64,000 nucleotides of DNA, taken from NCBI GenBank assembly GCA_026395175.1, contig JAPLZF010000010.1:4450-68449 (forward strand), in the 5' to 3' direction. The notes under the pieces are model-generated. The model saw nothing but the letters and a program-made list of their open reading frames with translations. It did no database searches and was not told where the DNA came from. Positions 1 through 9,122 of the stretch are shown here, piece after piece. Positions within the stretch are counted from its first letter, which is position 1; the number at the start of each line of letters is the position of its first letter. This stretch comes from Candidatus Staskawiczbacteria bacterium (lineage in GTDB: Bacteria; Patescibacteriota; Minisyncoccia; Minisyncoccales; Staskawiczbacteraceae). Both the position numbers and the translations under genes were made by a program.

Positions 1-417
1 AATCCTATGCGCATCTTTTAACAAGCGCATCGACAATGGAATGTTTTTTAGTTCTTTAATAGAGTGATTCATGGCTTCTATATAGTTATGAACTTCTTTC
101 CAATCATCACGCCTTTCTGGGTCAACATCTTCTTTTACTTTCAAAACATCATCTATCGCGGTTTTTGTGCCTTCAATGCGACTTGATGTGGTCGCCTCTT
201 TAGCTATGTGCATTTTTATAAAATAATCTACATCGGGCACAAGCGTTGAATAAGCATTAAGTTCGCCCAAAAGGCGCATTGCTTCATCAGAAAGCATGTT
301 AATTTTTTTATCTCGCCACTCAAAAGGCTTGTTAACCAAAGATGGACTAAAACTTTTATATTCCAGTTGCTGTTTATATGTGCCTGCTTTGAATTCTTGG
401 TTTATATGTGAAAACAT
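1..417 (-). CDS. Fic/DOC family protein, N-terminal part (gene runs off the window start)
   Basis: Not in ORF track (truncated). Frame open from ATG at rc 417 to position 1: [23 protein letters not shown]...[24 protein letters not shown], fitting the Fic N-terminal domain pattern (kEAxxSSxIEGt). Confidence 0.75.
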   Translation of the reverse strand, partial: MFSHINQEFKAGTYKQQLEYKSFSPSLVNKPFEWRDKKINMLSDEAMRLLGELNAYSTLVPDVDYFIKMHIAKEATTSSRIEGTKTAIDDVLKVKEDVDPERRDDWKEVHNYIEAMNHSIKELKNIPLSMRLLKDAHRI

Positions 418-503
418 AAATATTTATACTTTCAGTTTAGCATGTTAAGTGAAAATATGCACTATCACACTTTCGTTTATAATTCTAAGTTACTTTATTT
501 ATT

Positions 504-541
504 ATTTCACCATAAAATTTTATGTCAAACCCTGTGGATAA
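504..541 (-). promoter_or_regulatory. Putative promoter of the Fic gene with upstream TTATCCACAG box
   Basis: rc reads TTATCCACAG-GGT-TTGACA-13 nt-(TGG)TGAAAT; box 532-541, -35 523-528, -10 504-509; about 80 nt upstream of the ATG at 417. Confidence 0.5.
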
Positions 542-551
542 CTATTAAACA

Positions 552-1829
552 TTACTCCGGCAGATAAATAACCAGTATTGTATTAACTGCGGAACTGCCA
601 AAAGTCGCTCCTGGTGTCTGACTTCCTGTTGCTACATCCAATGTATGCCCAGAGGCGTCGTAGTGATTATTATTATTATCGTTATCGTGTGATGTCACAT
701 TTAACCAGCCTGACCAAACATTGGTAGATTCATTGAGCCAATAAATAAACATTGAAGATTGGACTGTGGTGGTAAGAGGAACTGTCAAACTTGTTCCAGT
801 CCCATAATTAGAACCTGTCTTGTGATAAGTCCCACTGCTTAATCCCCTGACAATCCAGCCAGTCGCACCCAAATCACGATTAACGTCATTAGGCACATAA
901 ACAGTCGGTATGCCTGCTGTTGTTACAGGAGCAGTCAGACAGGTAATATAGGATGAATTACCCGCAACATAATTTTGTTCGGTATAAGTATTTGTCAAAC
1001 TATCAGTAGCCGTATAATGAAAGTCAGCACTTGCTCCAGTAAATATTACAATCACATCGCCAACCTCAGCCCGTTGGGTAAAAATTAAAGTGAGGGGTTT
1101 GCCGCTGTCAGGATACCGACGTTTAAATCCAATAATGCTGGCGCCGGCGACCGCTGGTGCGGCTATTTTTATTCCGGTTGACATTTTAACTCCTGCGCTT
1201 AAAGCTATGCCAGGCCCGGCTGGGTCAACAATTTCGTCAATGTCAACACCCGCACTCTGGATTCCCGCTTGCGCGGGAATGACACGAAGGTCAAAAGTGT
1301 CTGTTGGTGTTTTTAAATTGGTCAATAAAAATTGTTGCGCCCTTGCCTGCCTAATTTCCAAAAACTCGCCAATTGGTTTTTCATTATTTTCTGCATACAC
1401 TTCAATTTTGCTTCCTGCCTGTCCTTCCTGCCAATTTGTTGTTTTGGCAAACATTGTAATGTCGTTTTTGCTGGTTAATTGTTTTTCAAAAACAATTCTT
1501 ATATAGTAATTATTTTTTATTTCTGCCCAATTGTTGTCTTTACTTTCAACTTTTTTGGTAATGTCTTCAACCTGATTTTTATTTTCATCAAGAACCAAAA
1601 CTTTTGAAATGCAAATTACAGAACTTCCTCCCGGACACTCTTTATTTGCAGAAATATCGCCTGCCAAAACAGCAGGACTCGCGGCAGAATTTTTATAAGA
1701 AAGTCCTGCACTAAAATTTTTGGTTGCAATCCCAAACTGCCCGGTTTGGTAAACCGCAAAAACAGCAACTGCGCAAAGCAAAATCGCCACAGGAACTACT
1801 ATTATAAGTGTTTTTATTTTTTTTGGCAT
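552..1829 (-). CDS. Secreted/envelope protein of unknown function (N-terminal signal anchor)
   Basis: Long frame. Start moved to ATG at 1829 (MPKKIKTLIIVVPVAILLCAVAVFAV) because GGAGGA lies 8 nt upstream; the track start at 1856 is 9 codons longer. One N-terminal hydrophobic helix, no motif I recognise. Confidence 0.7.
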   Translation of the reverse strand: MPKKIKTLIIVVPVAILLCAVAVFAVYQTGQFGIATKNFSAGLSYKNSAASPAVLAGDISANKECPGGSSVICISKVLVLDENKNQVEDITKKVESKDNNWAEIKNNYYIRIVFEKQLTSKNDITMFAKTTNWQEGQAGSKIEVYAENNEKPIGEFLEIRQARAQQFLLTNLKTPTDTFDLRVIPAQAGIQSAGVDIDEIVDPAGPGIALSAGVKMSTGIKIAAPAVAGASIIGFKRRYPDSGKPLTLIFTQRAEVGDVIVIFTGASADFHYTATDSLTNTYTEQNYVAGNSSYITCLTAPVTTAGIPTVYVPNDVNRDLGATGWIVRGLSSGTYHKTGSNYGTGTSLTVPLTTTVQSSMFIYWLNESTNVWSGWLNVTSHDNDNNNNHYDASGHTLDVATGSQTPGATFGSSAVNTILVIYLPE

Positions 1830-1899
1830 TTGTTTAATCCTCCGGTTTTTAGCCACTGAAAATAGCTAAAAAATGCAAAAATAGCTAAAAAGCGGAGGA

Positions 1900-2295
1900 C
1901 TAATACGAAATCTTTTTAACTAATGCTTCCAACAAATTTTCAACTCCAATTTGGACTCCCTGCTGGTCTGTGGCATTTGTAAATGCCTCCCATTTTGCCA
2001 ACAAATCCGGGTCGTTTAAATTCCTGATGGCGTTTTCCAATTTCAGCCGGTCGTCAAAAGAAACTTCTGTCTGCGATTTTAGAACTTTTCCTATGAAAAG
2101 GTCTAAAAAGTTTATTACGCCCGCGTTAAGTTTTTGTTTGCTCAATTCTGCCTGTATTTTTTGCGTTTCCTGATATTGCAAAAAATATCCAACTCCCAAA
2201 AGCGCGCTTAAAGCCACAAGAATTAAAATAACAACTGATATTATAATTGTTTTTTTGTCGGGATATCTTTTTGGCCTCGGTAAATTTTCTAACAT
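1900..2295 (-). CDS. Small bitopic membrane protein, unknown function
   Basis: 131-aa ORF, single TM (IIISVVILILVALSALLGVGYFL), 18 nt downstream of the preceding gene on the same strand. Confidence 0.6.
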   Translation of the reverse strand: MLENLPRPKRYPDKKTIIISVVILILVALSALLGVGYFLQYQETQKIQAELSKQKLNAGVINFLDLFIGKVLKSQTEVSFDDRLKLENAIRNLNDPDLLAKWEAFTNATDQQGVQIGVENLLEALVKKISY

Positions 2296-2313
2296 TTTTT
2301 TATTCGATTAATT

Positions 2314-4716
2314 TTACGATTTTTTGCTTAAAATCATTCTTATTTTGTCTCTAGTTTTGTCTTGGTAAAAGTTATATAACAGCATCAAAACCACTACAAC
2401 CAACAGCGCTGTTTTCCAATCTATGATATTCAGCCACCAGTATTGGGTTTTTAATTCAATATTGATGTGAATTCCGCTTCCTTCTGTTACATTGAAAGGC
2501 TTGCCGTCATAACTCAAATAGCCAGGCGTGTCGACCCTTAAATAATAATAGCCGTCTGGCACTAAAAATGAATATGTTCCGCTGACGTCAGTTGTCTGCG
2601 GATTTTCCTGCTGGTAATCTTTGGCTGACCAAAGCTCGTATTGTTTTGTTTTTGGATTTAACCAATAAAGAGAAACAACCGCTCCCAAAATGCGCGTTTC
2701 TTTATTGCCGGTTTTTTCATAAATATATCCTTCCGGGTCGACAACAGTAACCAGTTTTATTTCTTTAGACGGAATTGCCGGATCCTGGTAATCTATATCG
2801 GTTATAATTTGGTATTGTCCGCTTACTGCCGGCGCGTTTATTTGGGCTGTGTAAACTCCGTTGCCAGCGGGCTGGTAAGCAAAATATGCCAAAACTAATC
2901 TTTGTTCTGCCGGAGCCACCGGCACTTGGTTGACGGTAAAATCAGGATTAGCAAAACTCAAGGAAGCAGTTAGGTAATTCAATAAAATATTATTGTTGTT
3001 TTCAGAAACTTGGTTGGTTTTTCTTGATTCAAAAATTATATATCCTGTAATTTGCTTTACCGGCTTGTCTTCCCTGACAACCAATTGCAAAGGGCTGTTG
3101 GCAACTGTTTTTATTGTCTGCTGGGTTTGGCCGGTGCTTTTGTTGACAGACAAAGCAATGTTAAAATCAATCAGCCCGGCTCCTGCCTTGGTGAAAACAA
3201 TATCTGTTGGAATTTTGCTTTTTGCAATGTCTGTCAGTTTGGCGATAGGAATTCCTTTTGGCAGAGCAAATCCTGTTGTTGCCACGCCAGACGAAGGAAT
3301 GTTGGTTATTTGCGCCAAAGTTGGCAATTTCAAATTGGCTGCTGCAATTTTCTGGACATCTGTAATTTTTTGGACTCCAACCTGCTTAAATGTCGTATTT
3401 AACTGGGGAATTTTTTGGGCAAGCAAAGTTATGTCTGAAGGCAGGGGAGCCAAAACAAATCTGTTTAAAGAAAAAAATGACAAAGGATACCAGCTCTTGC
3501 TGAAAGCTATTGGAGCTATTTTAGGAACAGTGACAACTTGCACAGGCTGCAATTCTTTTTTATTGAAAATTTTGGCAATGAAAGGAGCTATGCCGTTTTC
3601 CAAATTTTTTAAAGTAGACACCCATGCCTGGCCAAGCAACGGACCCAAAGACACCGGACCTGGCGGTTTTGCCTGCCCTGCCTGCGCAACTGAAAAATCA
3701 GCAGAAATTGTTTTGCCTGTGTTTTGGGCAAGGTCTGTTGCAGAAAATTCTATATGATGGTTTCCAACCGGCATTTTGCCAAAACTAACCAGCCAATCGC
3801 CATTATTGTCTGCCTTAAAAATTCCATAACGGCTGTTGTCTATTAACGCTGTAATTTCCGCGTTGGCTTCTGTTTTTCCGCTTATTATTATTTCTTCGTC
3901 AGAGCTGTATTGGCTTTTTATATTGGAAATTACTATTGAAGGAGGATTTGTGTCTAAAATAATATTTGCAAATATTGCCTGCGAAGGAACTTGGTGCTTT
4001 GAATAAAACTTGGCGTAAATTGTTTTTGCGCCGTCTCCGCCCGCCAAAGTCCATATTTTTTTTGCCGGAATATCTTCTTTTACAGCATTTAAAAAATCAG
4101 AAGAATTTGATATTTCAATTTGAACCGAATCAGGCCCGCCGTCAAAAACAAGAGAAACTATTTTATTATTTGTATATTGAGATCCGTTATTTATTAAAAT
4201 TTTAAGAGGAAGCGACGGCGGGCCATAAACAATTCCGCCTCCGGGCGTTGGCGTGGGAGTTGGAGTTGGCGCCGGAGTTCTGGCGCTTGCCGGCCTCCAA
4301 TCAGTTTGGACATTGCAACTTGAGCAGGAAAAATTAATATTTACAGAATTGTCGCCGGTTGCCGTTCCTGAAAATGTTCCTGACGAGCTTATAACAACTC
4401 CGCTAAAATTTATTTTGCCTGAGCCTTCATCCCATGCATAACCGGACAAATTTCCCTCGCCGTCATTTTTTACGCCCCAGCCTGCTGTGCCCGGGCTTAA
4501 ATTTATTCTGCCTGTATTTTGGCTCCACGCATAGCCGGTCAAACCGGAATCTGTAACATGAACATCGCCGTTTGTCCAGCCAAAATTTATCCAACCACTC
4601 TGATTATTCCAAGCATAGCCTGAAACCGTGCCGTCGGTGGTTGAAGCAAGAACTAAACCAGCCAGACTAATTAATCCGGCAAAAATAAATAAAAACAAAT
4701 AAGCGAATTTAGCCAT
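2314..4716 (-). CDS. Large cell-surface protein (GYAW..G.INF repeats, PT linker, C-terminal membrane anchor)
   Basis: 800-aa ORF. Signal peptide MAKFAYLFLFIFAGLISLAGLVLAS; three GYAW(N/S/D)xxxG(W/R/K)IN(F/L) repeats; TPAPTPTPTPTP linker; C-terminal beta-sandwich-like segment (SGTYSFLVPDGYYYLRVDTPGY) and terminal TM helix. Confidence 0.8.
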   Translation of the reverse strand: MAKFAYLFLFIFAGLISLAGLVLASTTDGTVSGYAWNNQSGWINFGWTNGDVHVTDSGLTGYAWSQNTGRINLSPGTAGWGVKNDGEGNLSGYAWDEGSGKINFSGVVISSSGTFSGTATGDNSVNINFSCSSCNVQTDWRPASARTPAPTPTPTPTPGGGIVYGPPSLPLKILINNGSQYTNNKIVSLVFDGGPDSVQIEISNSSDFLNAVKEDIPAKKIWTLAGGDGAKTIYAKFYSKHQVPSQAIFANIILDTNPPSIVISNIKSQYSSDEEIIISGKTEANAEITALIDNSRYGIFKADNNGDWLVSFGKMPVGNHHIEFSATDLAQNTGKTISADFSVAQAGQAKPPGPVSLGPLLGQAWVSTLKNLENGIAPFIAKIFNKKELQPVQVVTVPKIAPIAFSKSWYPLSFFSLNRFVLAPLPSDITLLAQKIPQLNTTFKQVGVQKITDVQKIAAANLKLPTLAQITNIPSSGVATTGFALPKGIPIAKLTDIAKSKIPTDIVFTKAGAGLIDFNIALSVNKSTGQTQQTIKTVANSPLQLVVREDKPVKQITGYIIFESRKTNQVSENNNNILLNYLTASLSFANPDFTVNQVPVAPAEQRLVLAYFAYQPAGNGVYTAQINAPAVSGQYQIITDIDYQDPAIPSKEIKLVTVVDPEGYIYEKTGNKETRILGAVVSLYWLNPKTKQYELWSAKDYQQENPQTTDVSGTYSFLVPDGYYYLRVDTPGYLSYDGKPFNVTEGSGIHINIELKTQYWWLNIIDWKTALLVVVVLMLLYNFYQDKTRDKIRMILSKKS

Positions 4717-4730
4717 TATTTTATTTATTT

Positions 4731-4778
4731 ATTTTACCACAAAAATAAATAATCAACTCTATCGTTTTCTGTGGATAA
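4731..4778 (-). promoter_or_regulatory. Putative promoter of the 800-aa surface protein gene with TTATCCACAG box
   Basis: rc reads AAAGTTATCCACAGAAAAC-..-TTGATT-14 nt-(TGG)TAAAAT; box 4769-4778, -35 4751-4756, -10 4731-4736; ATG at 4716. Confidence 0.5.
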
Positions 4779-4785
4779 CTTTTAT

Positions 4786-5184
4786 TTATGCCTTTCGCTC
4801 AAGCCTTTCTTTTATTTTTCCCACCACATCTTTTAAATTCCAATCAGATTTCACCAAATAATATGCCGGCTCGTTGTCAACAACAGCTTTCATTGTTTTT
4901 TCTTCGTCTGGCGACAAATTAGTCAAAAGTATGATAGGCACATCTTTTCCGTAAGGGTTTGTTTCCCTAAGCTTATACATCATAGTTATTCCGTCCATTA
5001 CGGGCATTAAAATATCAAGCAGAATGATGTCGGGTTTTTCGCTTAAAGCAAGACCCAATCCCTCTTGGCCGTTTTTTGCTTGAAGCACAAAAAACCCCTC
5101 GTCGCGCAATTCTTCTGAGTATGGCTTTAAAATCAGCTCTTCGTCTTCCACAATTAAAATTTTTGTTTTATTATCTTCATCCAT
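4786..5184 (-). CDS. Single-domain response regulator (REC only, CheY-like)
   Basis: 132 aa; KILIVEDEE acidic pocket, phospho-acceptor context DIILLDILMPVMDG, conserved K in PIILLTNL...K region; sits directly after the kinase gene. Confidence 0.9.
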   Translation of the reverse strand: MDEDNKTKILIVEDEELILKPYSEELRDEGFFVLQAKNGQEGLGLALSEKPDIILLDILMPVMDGITMMYKLRETNPYGKDVPIILLTNLSPDEEKTMKAVVDNEPAYYLVKSDWNLKDVVGKIKERLERKA

Positions 5185-5201
5185 AATTATTGATGTTAAT
5201 T

Positions 5202-7514
5202 TTAATTTTTTTTCGACCTCATTCCTGTTGTAGGAATGGCTACATAAAAAATGGCGCCTTCATTTTCTTTTGAAGAAAACCATATTGTTCCGCCGGAATT
5301 ATCAAGTATTGATTTTACAAGATATAATCCCAATCCTGTTCCGCTTGCTTGTTTCTGCCTGACATTATCTGCTCTGAAAAACTTGGTGAATATCTTATCC
5401 TGCTGTGCCTCGGGAATTCCGCAGCCGGTGTCTGAAACAATAACCGCAAAACTATCTTCATCAAAAAACTTTTCTCCCAATGTTTCTCCTTTATTTATCT
5501 GTCTGCATTCAACTTTTATCTTGCCCTTTTCCGGAGTGTAATTTATGGCGTTGACAACAATATTATTTATCACCATTCTAAATAATGGTTCATCGATTAG
5601 CGCCATATTGCTGTTTTTTTGGCATTTTTCCTCAAGCTTGAGCTTGCTTTTTTCAAAAAGAGGCTTCAAATCGCGCAAAATGTTTTTAACAACCGCGCCA
5701 ATATTTTTTTCCTGCAATTCAATATTGAAAGTTCCCATTTCAATGTGCGACACGTCCAATAATGTGTTTACAATATCAATCATCCGCTGGTTGGAAAAGC
5801 TTATATCATTTAAATATTCTTTTTGTTTTTTATTAATCTTGCCGAGTTTCCCGCCTAAAATTCTTTCTGCGAGCAATTTAATGGCAGTCGGCGGAGTTTT
5901 GAGCTGATGGGAAGCCAAAGAAATAAATTCAGTTTTGGCTTTGTCAACCGCTTTTTCTTTGGTGATATCGTGAAAAACTTCTATGGCGCCGATTATTTTA
6001 TTATCAAGAATAACTGGCGACACAATAATGGCAACTGGAAATTTAATTTTATTCTTGCTAAAAATATATAATCCGGCAGTAGTAGTAGTAGTAGTAAAAC
6101 CGCGGGCAAAAGATTTGGCAATCGGCCTCTCCTCAAGCGGAACAAAATTTCCTTTTTCGTCTTCCAAGGAAATAACATCAATATAAAATTTCCCAATTGC
6201 TTCATTAATTTTCCAACCCAACAATTTTTCCGCCACCTTATTCATAAATATAATTTCCCCATCTTTATCAACTGCAATCACGCCCTCTCCAATGCTCTGC
6301 AATAAAGCTTCGTCTTTTGCTTTTGCTTCGGCAAGATTTTGTTTCTCAACTCGAATGTCTTCAAGAATATTTTGAGTGGCTTTCTGCGCATTTTCCAAAT
6401 CTTGCGTGCGTACGCTAATCTTTTCTTCCAAACTGCTGTATGATTCTTTCAATCTGCTCGTCATTTCATTAAAAGATTTTGCCACCTGGCCAATTTCATC
6501 CTTGCTTTTTACATCTATTTTATAATCCAAATTTCCTTTACCAATTATTTCCGCACCTTTTGTCAGCTGATTTAACGGCCTGGAAATAAAATAGGCCAGA
6601 ATAAAGCTAATAATAAACGAAATGAAAAGACCGATTAACCCAAAAATTATTGAATTTTTAATTAAAGCTGTTCTATACTCCCCAATAACTTCTGAAATGT
6701 CCATTTTGGCAACTAAGCCCATATCGGCAATATCAATGTATTGCGAAGCCGCAACAACAGGCACGCCTCTATAATCTAATGTATTTTGAAAAATTGATTC
6801 ATTCCCAAATAACGCCTGCTTCATGGGCTCTCCAGTAGTAGTAGTAGTAGTAGTAAAGAGTCTTGTAAAAGGATAAGTTATTTGCCCAGTTTCTTTATTT
6901 CGATAAGCAATAAGAACCTCTCCTGTTTCTTTCAAACCCACTCTGTTTTTAACAATCTTGCCCAATTCATCAAAACCCTCAAAAGTAACAATAACGCCCA
7001 TTAATTTTTCATCGGGGATTATGGGCCCGGAGGTAACAATATCTGTGTGAGATTCACTCACATGATCAAAAAAATACACTCCTTCCGTTACCTTTCCCTT
7101 TACAAAAAATTCTTCTTGGCTAAAATCCTGCTCGTCAAGAGACGAATCAGCGCAAGTCACCGCCTTGCCATTTATATCAATAAAACAAATATTCCGATAG
7201 TCAGCAACGGCATTTTTAGAACCAATAAGCTTAACCCTAATTATTTCTTTTAATTCTGAACTTGGAGCTTTAAGATAATTTTCAACATCTATTTTAAGCT
7301 GTGTCCGGCTGGAAATGAGTTTTAACTTATCAATTTCATCACTAAAATAAGTTTTAATATTTTCTGCCCTTGATTGTGCAATAGCAAACAAGCTCTGGCT
7401 TTTATTATTTATTGCAATTGTCGAATCAGAAAAATAATACAGCAGTCCGCCGATAATACTGTTGCCTAAGCTGACAATTAAAAACAAAAAAATTAATAAA
7501 CTGCGAAGCTTCAT
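5202..7514 (-). CDS. Sensor histidine kinase (extracytoplasmic sensor domain, HAMP, PAS, HisKA, HATPase_c)
   Basis: 770 aa; two TM helices flanking a ~270-aa outside domain; H-box FISLASHQLKTPPTAI; G1 DTGCGIP and G2 GTGLGLYLVKSIL boxes. ATGA overlap with the upstream SBP gene. Confidence 0.92.
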   Translation of the reverse strand: MKLRSLLIFLFLIVSLGNSIIGGLLYYFSDSTIAINNKSQSLFAIAQSRAENIKTYFSDEIDKLKLISSRTQLKIDVENYLKAPSSELKEIIRVKLIGSKNAVADYRNICFIDINGKAVTCADSSLDEQDFSQEEFFVKGKVTEGVYFFDHVSESHTDIVTSGPIIPDEKLMGVIVTFEGFDELGKIVKNRVGLKETGEVLIAYRNKETGQITYPFTRLFTTTTTTTGEPMKQALFGNESIFQNTLDYRGVPVVAASQYIDIADMGLVAKMDISEVIGEYRTALIKNSIIFGLIGLFISFIISFILAYFISRPLNQLTKGAEIIGKGNLDYKIDVKSKDEIGQVAKSFNEMTSRLKESYSSLEEKISVRTQDLENAQKATQNILEDIRVEKQNLAEAKAKDEALLQSIGEGVIAVDKDGEIIFMNKVAEKLLGWKINEAIGKFYIDVISLEDEKGNFVPLEERPIAKSFARGFTTTTTTAGLYIFSKNKIKFPVAIIVSPVILDNKIIGAIEVFHDITKEKAVDKAKTEFISLASHQLKTPPTAIKLLAERILGGKLGKINKKQKEYLNDISFSNQRMIDIVNTLLDVSHIEMGTFNIELQEKNIGAVVKNILRDLKPLFEKSKLKLEEKCQKNSNMALIDEPLFRMVINNIVVNAINYTPEKGKIKVECRQINKGETLGEKFFDEDSFAVIVSDTGCGIPEAQQDKIFTKFFRADNVRQKQASGTGLGLYLVKSILDNSGGTIWFSSKENEGAIFYVAIPTTGMRSKKN
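6078..6095 (-). repeat. (ACT)6 trinucleotide microsatellite inside the kinase gene (Thr6)
   Basis: Plus strand shows agt x6 at 6078-6095; it encodes GFTTTTTTAG in the PAS-region of the kinase. Confidence 0.95.
6834..6854 (-). repeat. (ACT)7 trinucleotide microsatellite inside the kinase gene (Thr7)
   Basis: Plus strand shows agt x7 at 6834-6854; it encodes LFTTTTTTTGEP in the extracytoplasmic sensor domain. Confidence 0.95.
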
Positions 7515-8371
7515 TTATATTTTTTCCGTATTAAATAAGCGCTCACCGATATTGTTGCGATGAATGTCAAAACAATAAGCAAAATTATTAACAGATAATT
7601 TAATTTTGCCCCGGATTCGGCGAACCATTTTTGGTAAAGTTTATCAAATGTGCCGTTTATTTTTACAATTGCCAATCCCTTATCAAGTTCGGCTAATAAG
7701 CCCGTGTCTCCCTTTTTTACCGCAAAAGTAAATTCCTGCTTAAATTTATCAAGCCGGTAATCAACAGCAACCACATTTTTAATTCCAAGTGTTTTTATTA
7801 GGTTGGTCCCCATTCGTTGTTGCGCAACAACTGCGTCATATTTGCCTTCGGACAACTGAGTAAAAGCTTCCTTATATGTCTCGGCTGTGACAATCCGGCT
7901 GGAGATATTTTCACGCCTTACATAATCCTCGGCATTGTCGCCTTTCAAAACTGCAATTTCCTTGCCTGCCAAGTCTTTGTCGGTTTTGATGCTGGTATCT
8001 CCGGTTCTGACAAAAATTGCTCCATAAAATGTGAGGTATGATTCCGTAAGATCATATACTAATTCTCTTTCCGGAGTTTTTCCAACCAACGGCAAAACCT
8101 GTATCTTCCCGTCCGCTAAGTCCTGTTTTATTTGATTCCAAGGAGCTGTGTAAAAACTGACATCAAGATTAACGGCTTTTAAAGTCGCTTTAAGCAGTTC
8201 AACAGAAAAACCGTCCGCTTGGCCATTTTTATCAACAATGCAAAACGGCGGATAATCAGGTTCGGACGCTGATTTAATAATTGTATTTTCCTGCGCCTCG
8301 GCTGATTGAAAAAACCCAACTCCGGCGGTAACAAAAATCGCTACGATAAAAACAATAAGTTTTTTGTTCAT
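7511..8371 (-). CDS. Family-3 solute-binding protein with C-terminal membrane anchor
   Basis: 286 aa; signal peptide, SEPDYPPFCIVDKNGQADGFSVELLKA...APWNQIKQDLADGKIQVLP typical of SBP_bac_3; terminal TM LNYLLIILLIVLTFIATISVSAYL; 4-nt overlap with the kinase start. Confidence 0.85.
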   Translation of the reverse strand: MNKKLIVFIVAIFVTAGVGFFQSAEAQENTIIKSASEPDYPPFCIVDKNGQADGFSVELLKATLKAVNLDVSFYTAPWNQIKQDLADGKIQVLPLVGKTPERELVYDLTESYLTFYGAIFVRTGDTSIKTDKDLAGKEIAVLKGDNAEDYVRRENISSRIVTAETYKEAFTQLSEGKYDAVVAQQRMGTNLIKTLGIKNVVAVDYRLDKFKQEFTFAVKKGDTGLLAELDKGLAIVKINGTFDKLYQKWFAESGAKLNYLLIILLIVLTFIATISVSAYLIRKKYK

Positions 8372-8374
8372 AAA

Positions 8375-9010
8375 TTAAATTTTATGATTGCCATTGTGAT
8401 TTTTCCCGTTTCCATTATGGCCATTGCCGTTTTTATGGTTTTTCTTCAATTCTTCAATTTCTTTTTTCAGTTCCACCATTTTTAATTCTCTACCCACCAT
8501 GCTTTTGTTTGCTGACTCAAGTTCTTTAATTCTGTCGCCGAGTTCTTTTGTGCGTTCAGCCACTTTGTCCTCAAGCATTTTAGCGTGCTCAGCCAGTTTT
8601 TCCTCAAGCTCCTCCTTTTCAGTAATGTCTTCCATGCATATTATAATCAATTGCACAGAATCAATCTGCCTGGCATTAACCAGCATTGTTTTTTGCCCTA
8701 TTGTTTCAAAGTCGTGCTTAACCTCATAATCTTTCACAACTTTTTTCTTCGGCAAAATTTCTTCCATTAATTTTTTCAGTTCGGAAATGTTCCACTGGCC
8801 GTTTCCTAATTTATAAAGAAATTTGCCTTCTGTTTGCGCAGGCTCAACCTTAAATGTTTGGTAAAAAATAGAGTTCGCTGAAATCACTTCAAGGCCGGCG
8901 TCAAGAATTAAAAAAGATTCTCTGGCAACGTCAACCAATGTTTTCATATAATGCAAAGCAAGCTCTTTCGATTCTTTCAACTCGCTTTGATTAATTTTAT
9001 TATTTTCCAT
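8375..9010 (-). CDS. PAS-domain protein with coiled coil and His/Asn/Gly-rich tail
   Basis: ATG at 9010 (MENNKINQSELK) preferred over the track start at 9049. PAS-like core (FLILDAGLEVISANSIFYQTFKVEP...GQWNI), a heptad-rich region, and tail HKNGNGHNGNGKNHNGNHKI. First gene of the sensory operon. Confidence 0.75.
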   Translation of the reverse strand: MENNKINQSELKESKELALHYMKTLVDVARESFLILDAGLEVISANSIFYQTFKVEPAQTEGKFLYKLGNGQWNISELKKLMEEILPKKKVVKDYEVKHDFETIGQKTMLVNARQIDSVQLIIICMEDITEKEELEEKLAEHAKMLEDKVAERTKELGDRIKELESANKSMVGRELKMVELKKEIEELKKNHKNGNGHNGNGKNHNGNHKI

Positions 9011-9122
9011 GCTTTTGCAGAAGCTCTTTACGAAAAAAATTATTAACAATTTTTTTCTTTGCGTTTCTGTGTAAGTTAAATTTCGGAATTGTCCTCCGAG
9101 ATTTTATATTAATTACAATTTT

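Noticed and set aside
1090-1506. Plus-strand 138-aa ORF, and similar antisense ORFs in the track (for example 2993-3757, 5545-5907, 24153-24713, 28786-29118, 31029-31394, 39619-40026, 45255-45617).
   Set aside because: Each lies entirely inside a longer opposite-strand ORF that has clear protein motifs. Their translations are low-complexity, they lack RBS or promoter context, and they look like typical shadow ORFs.
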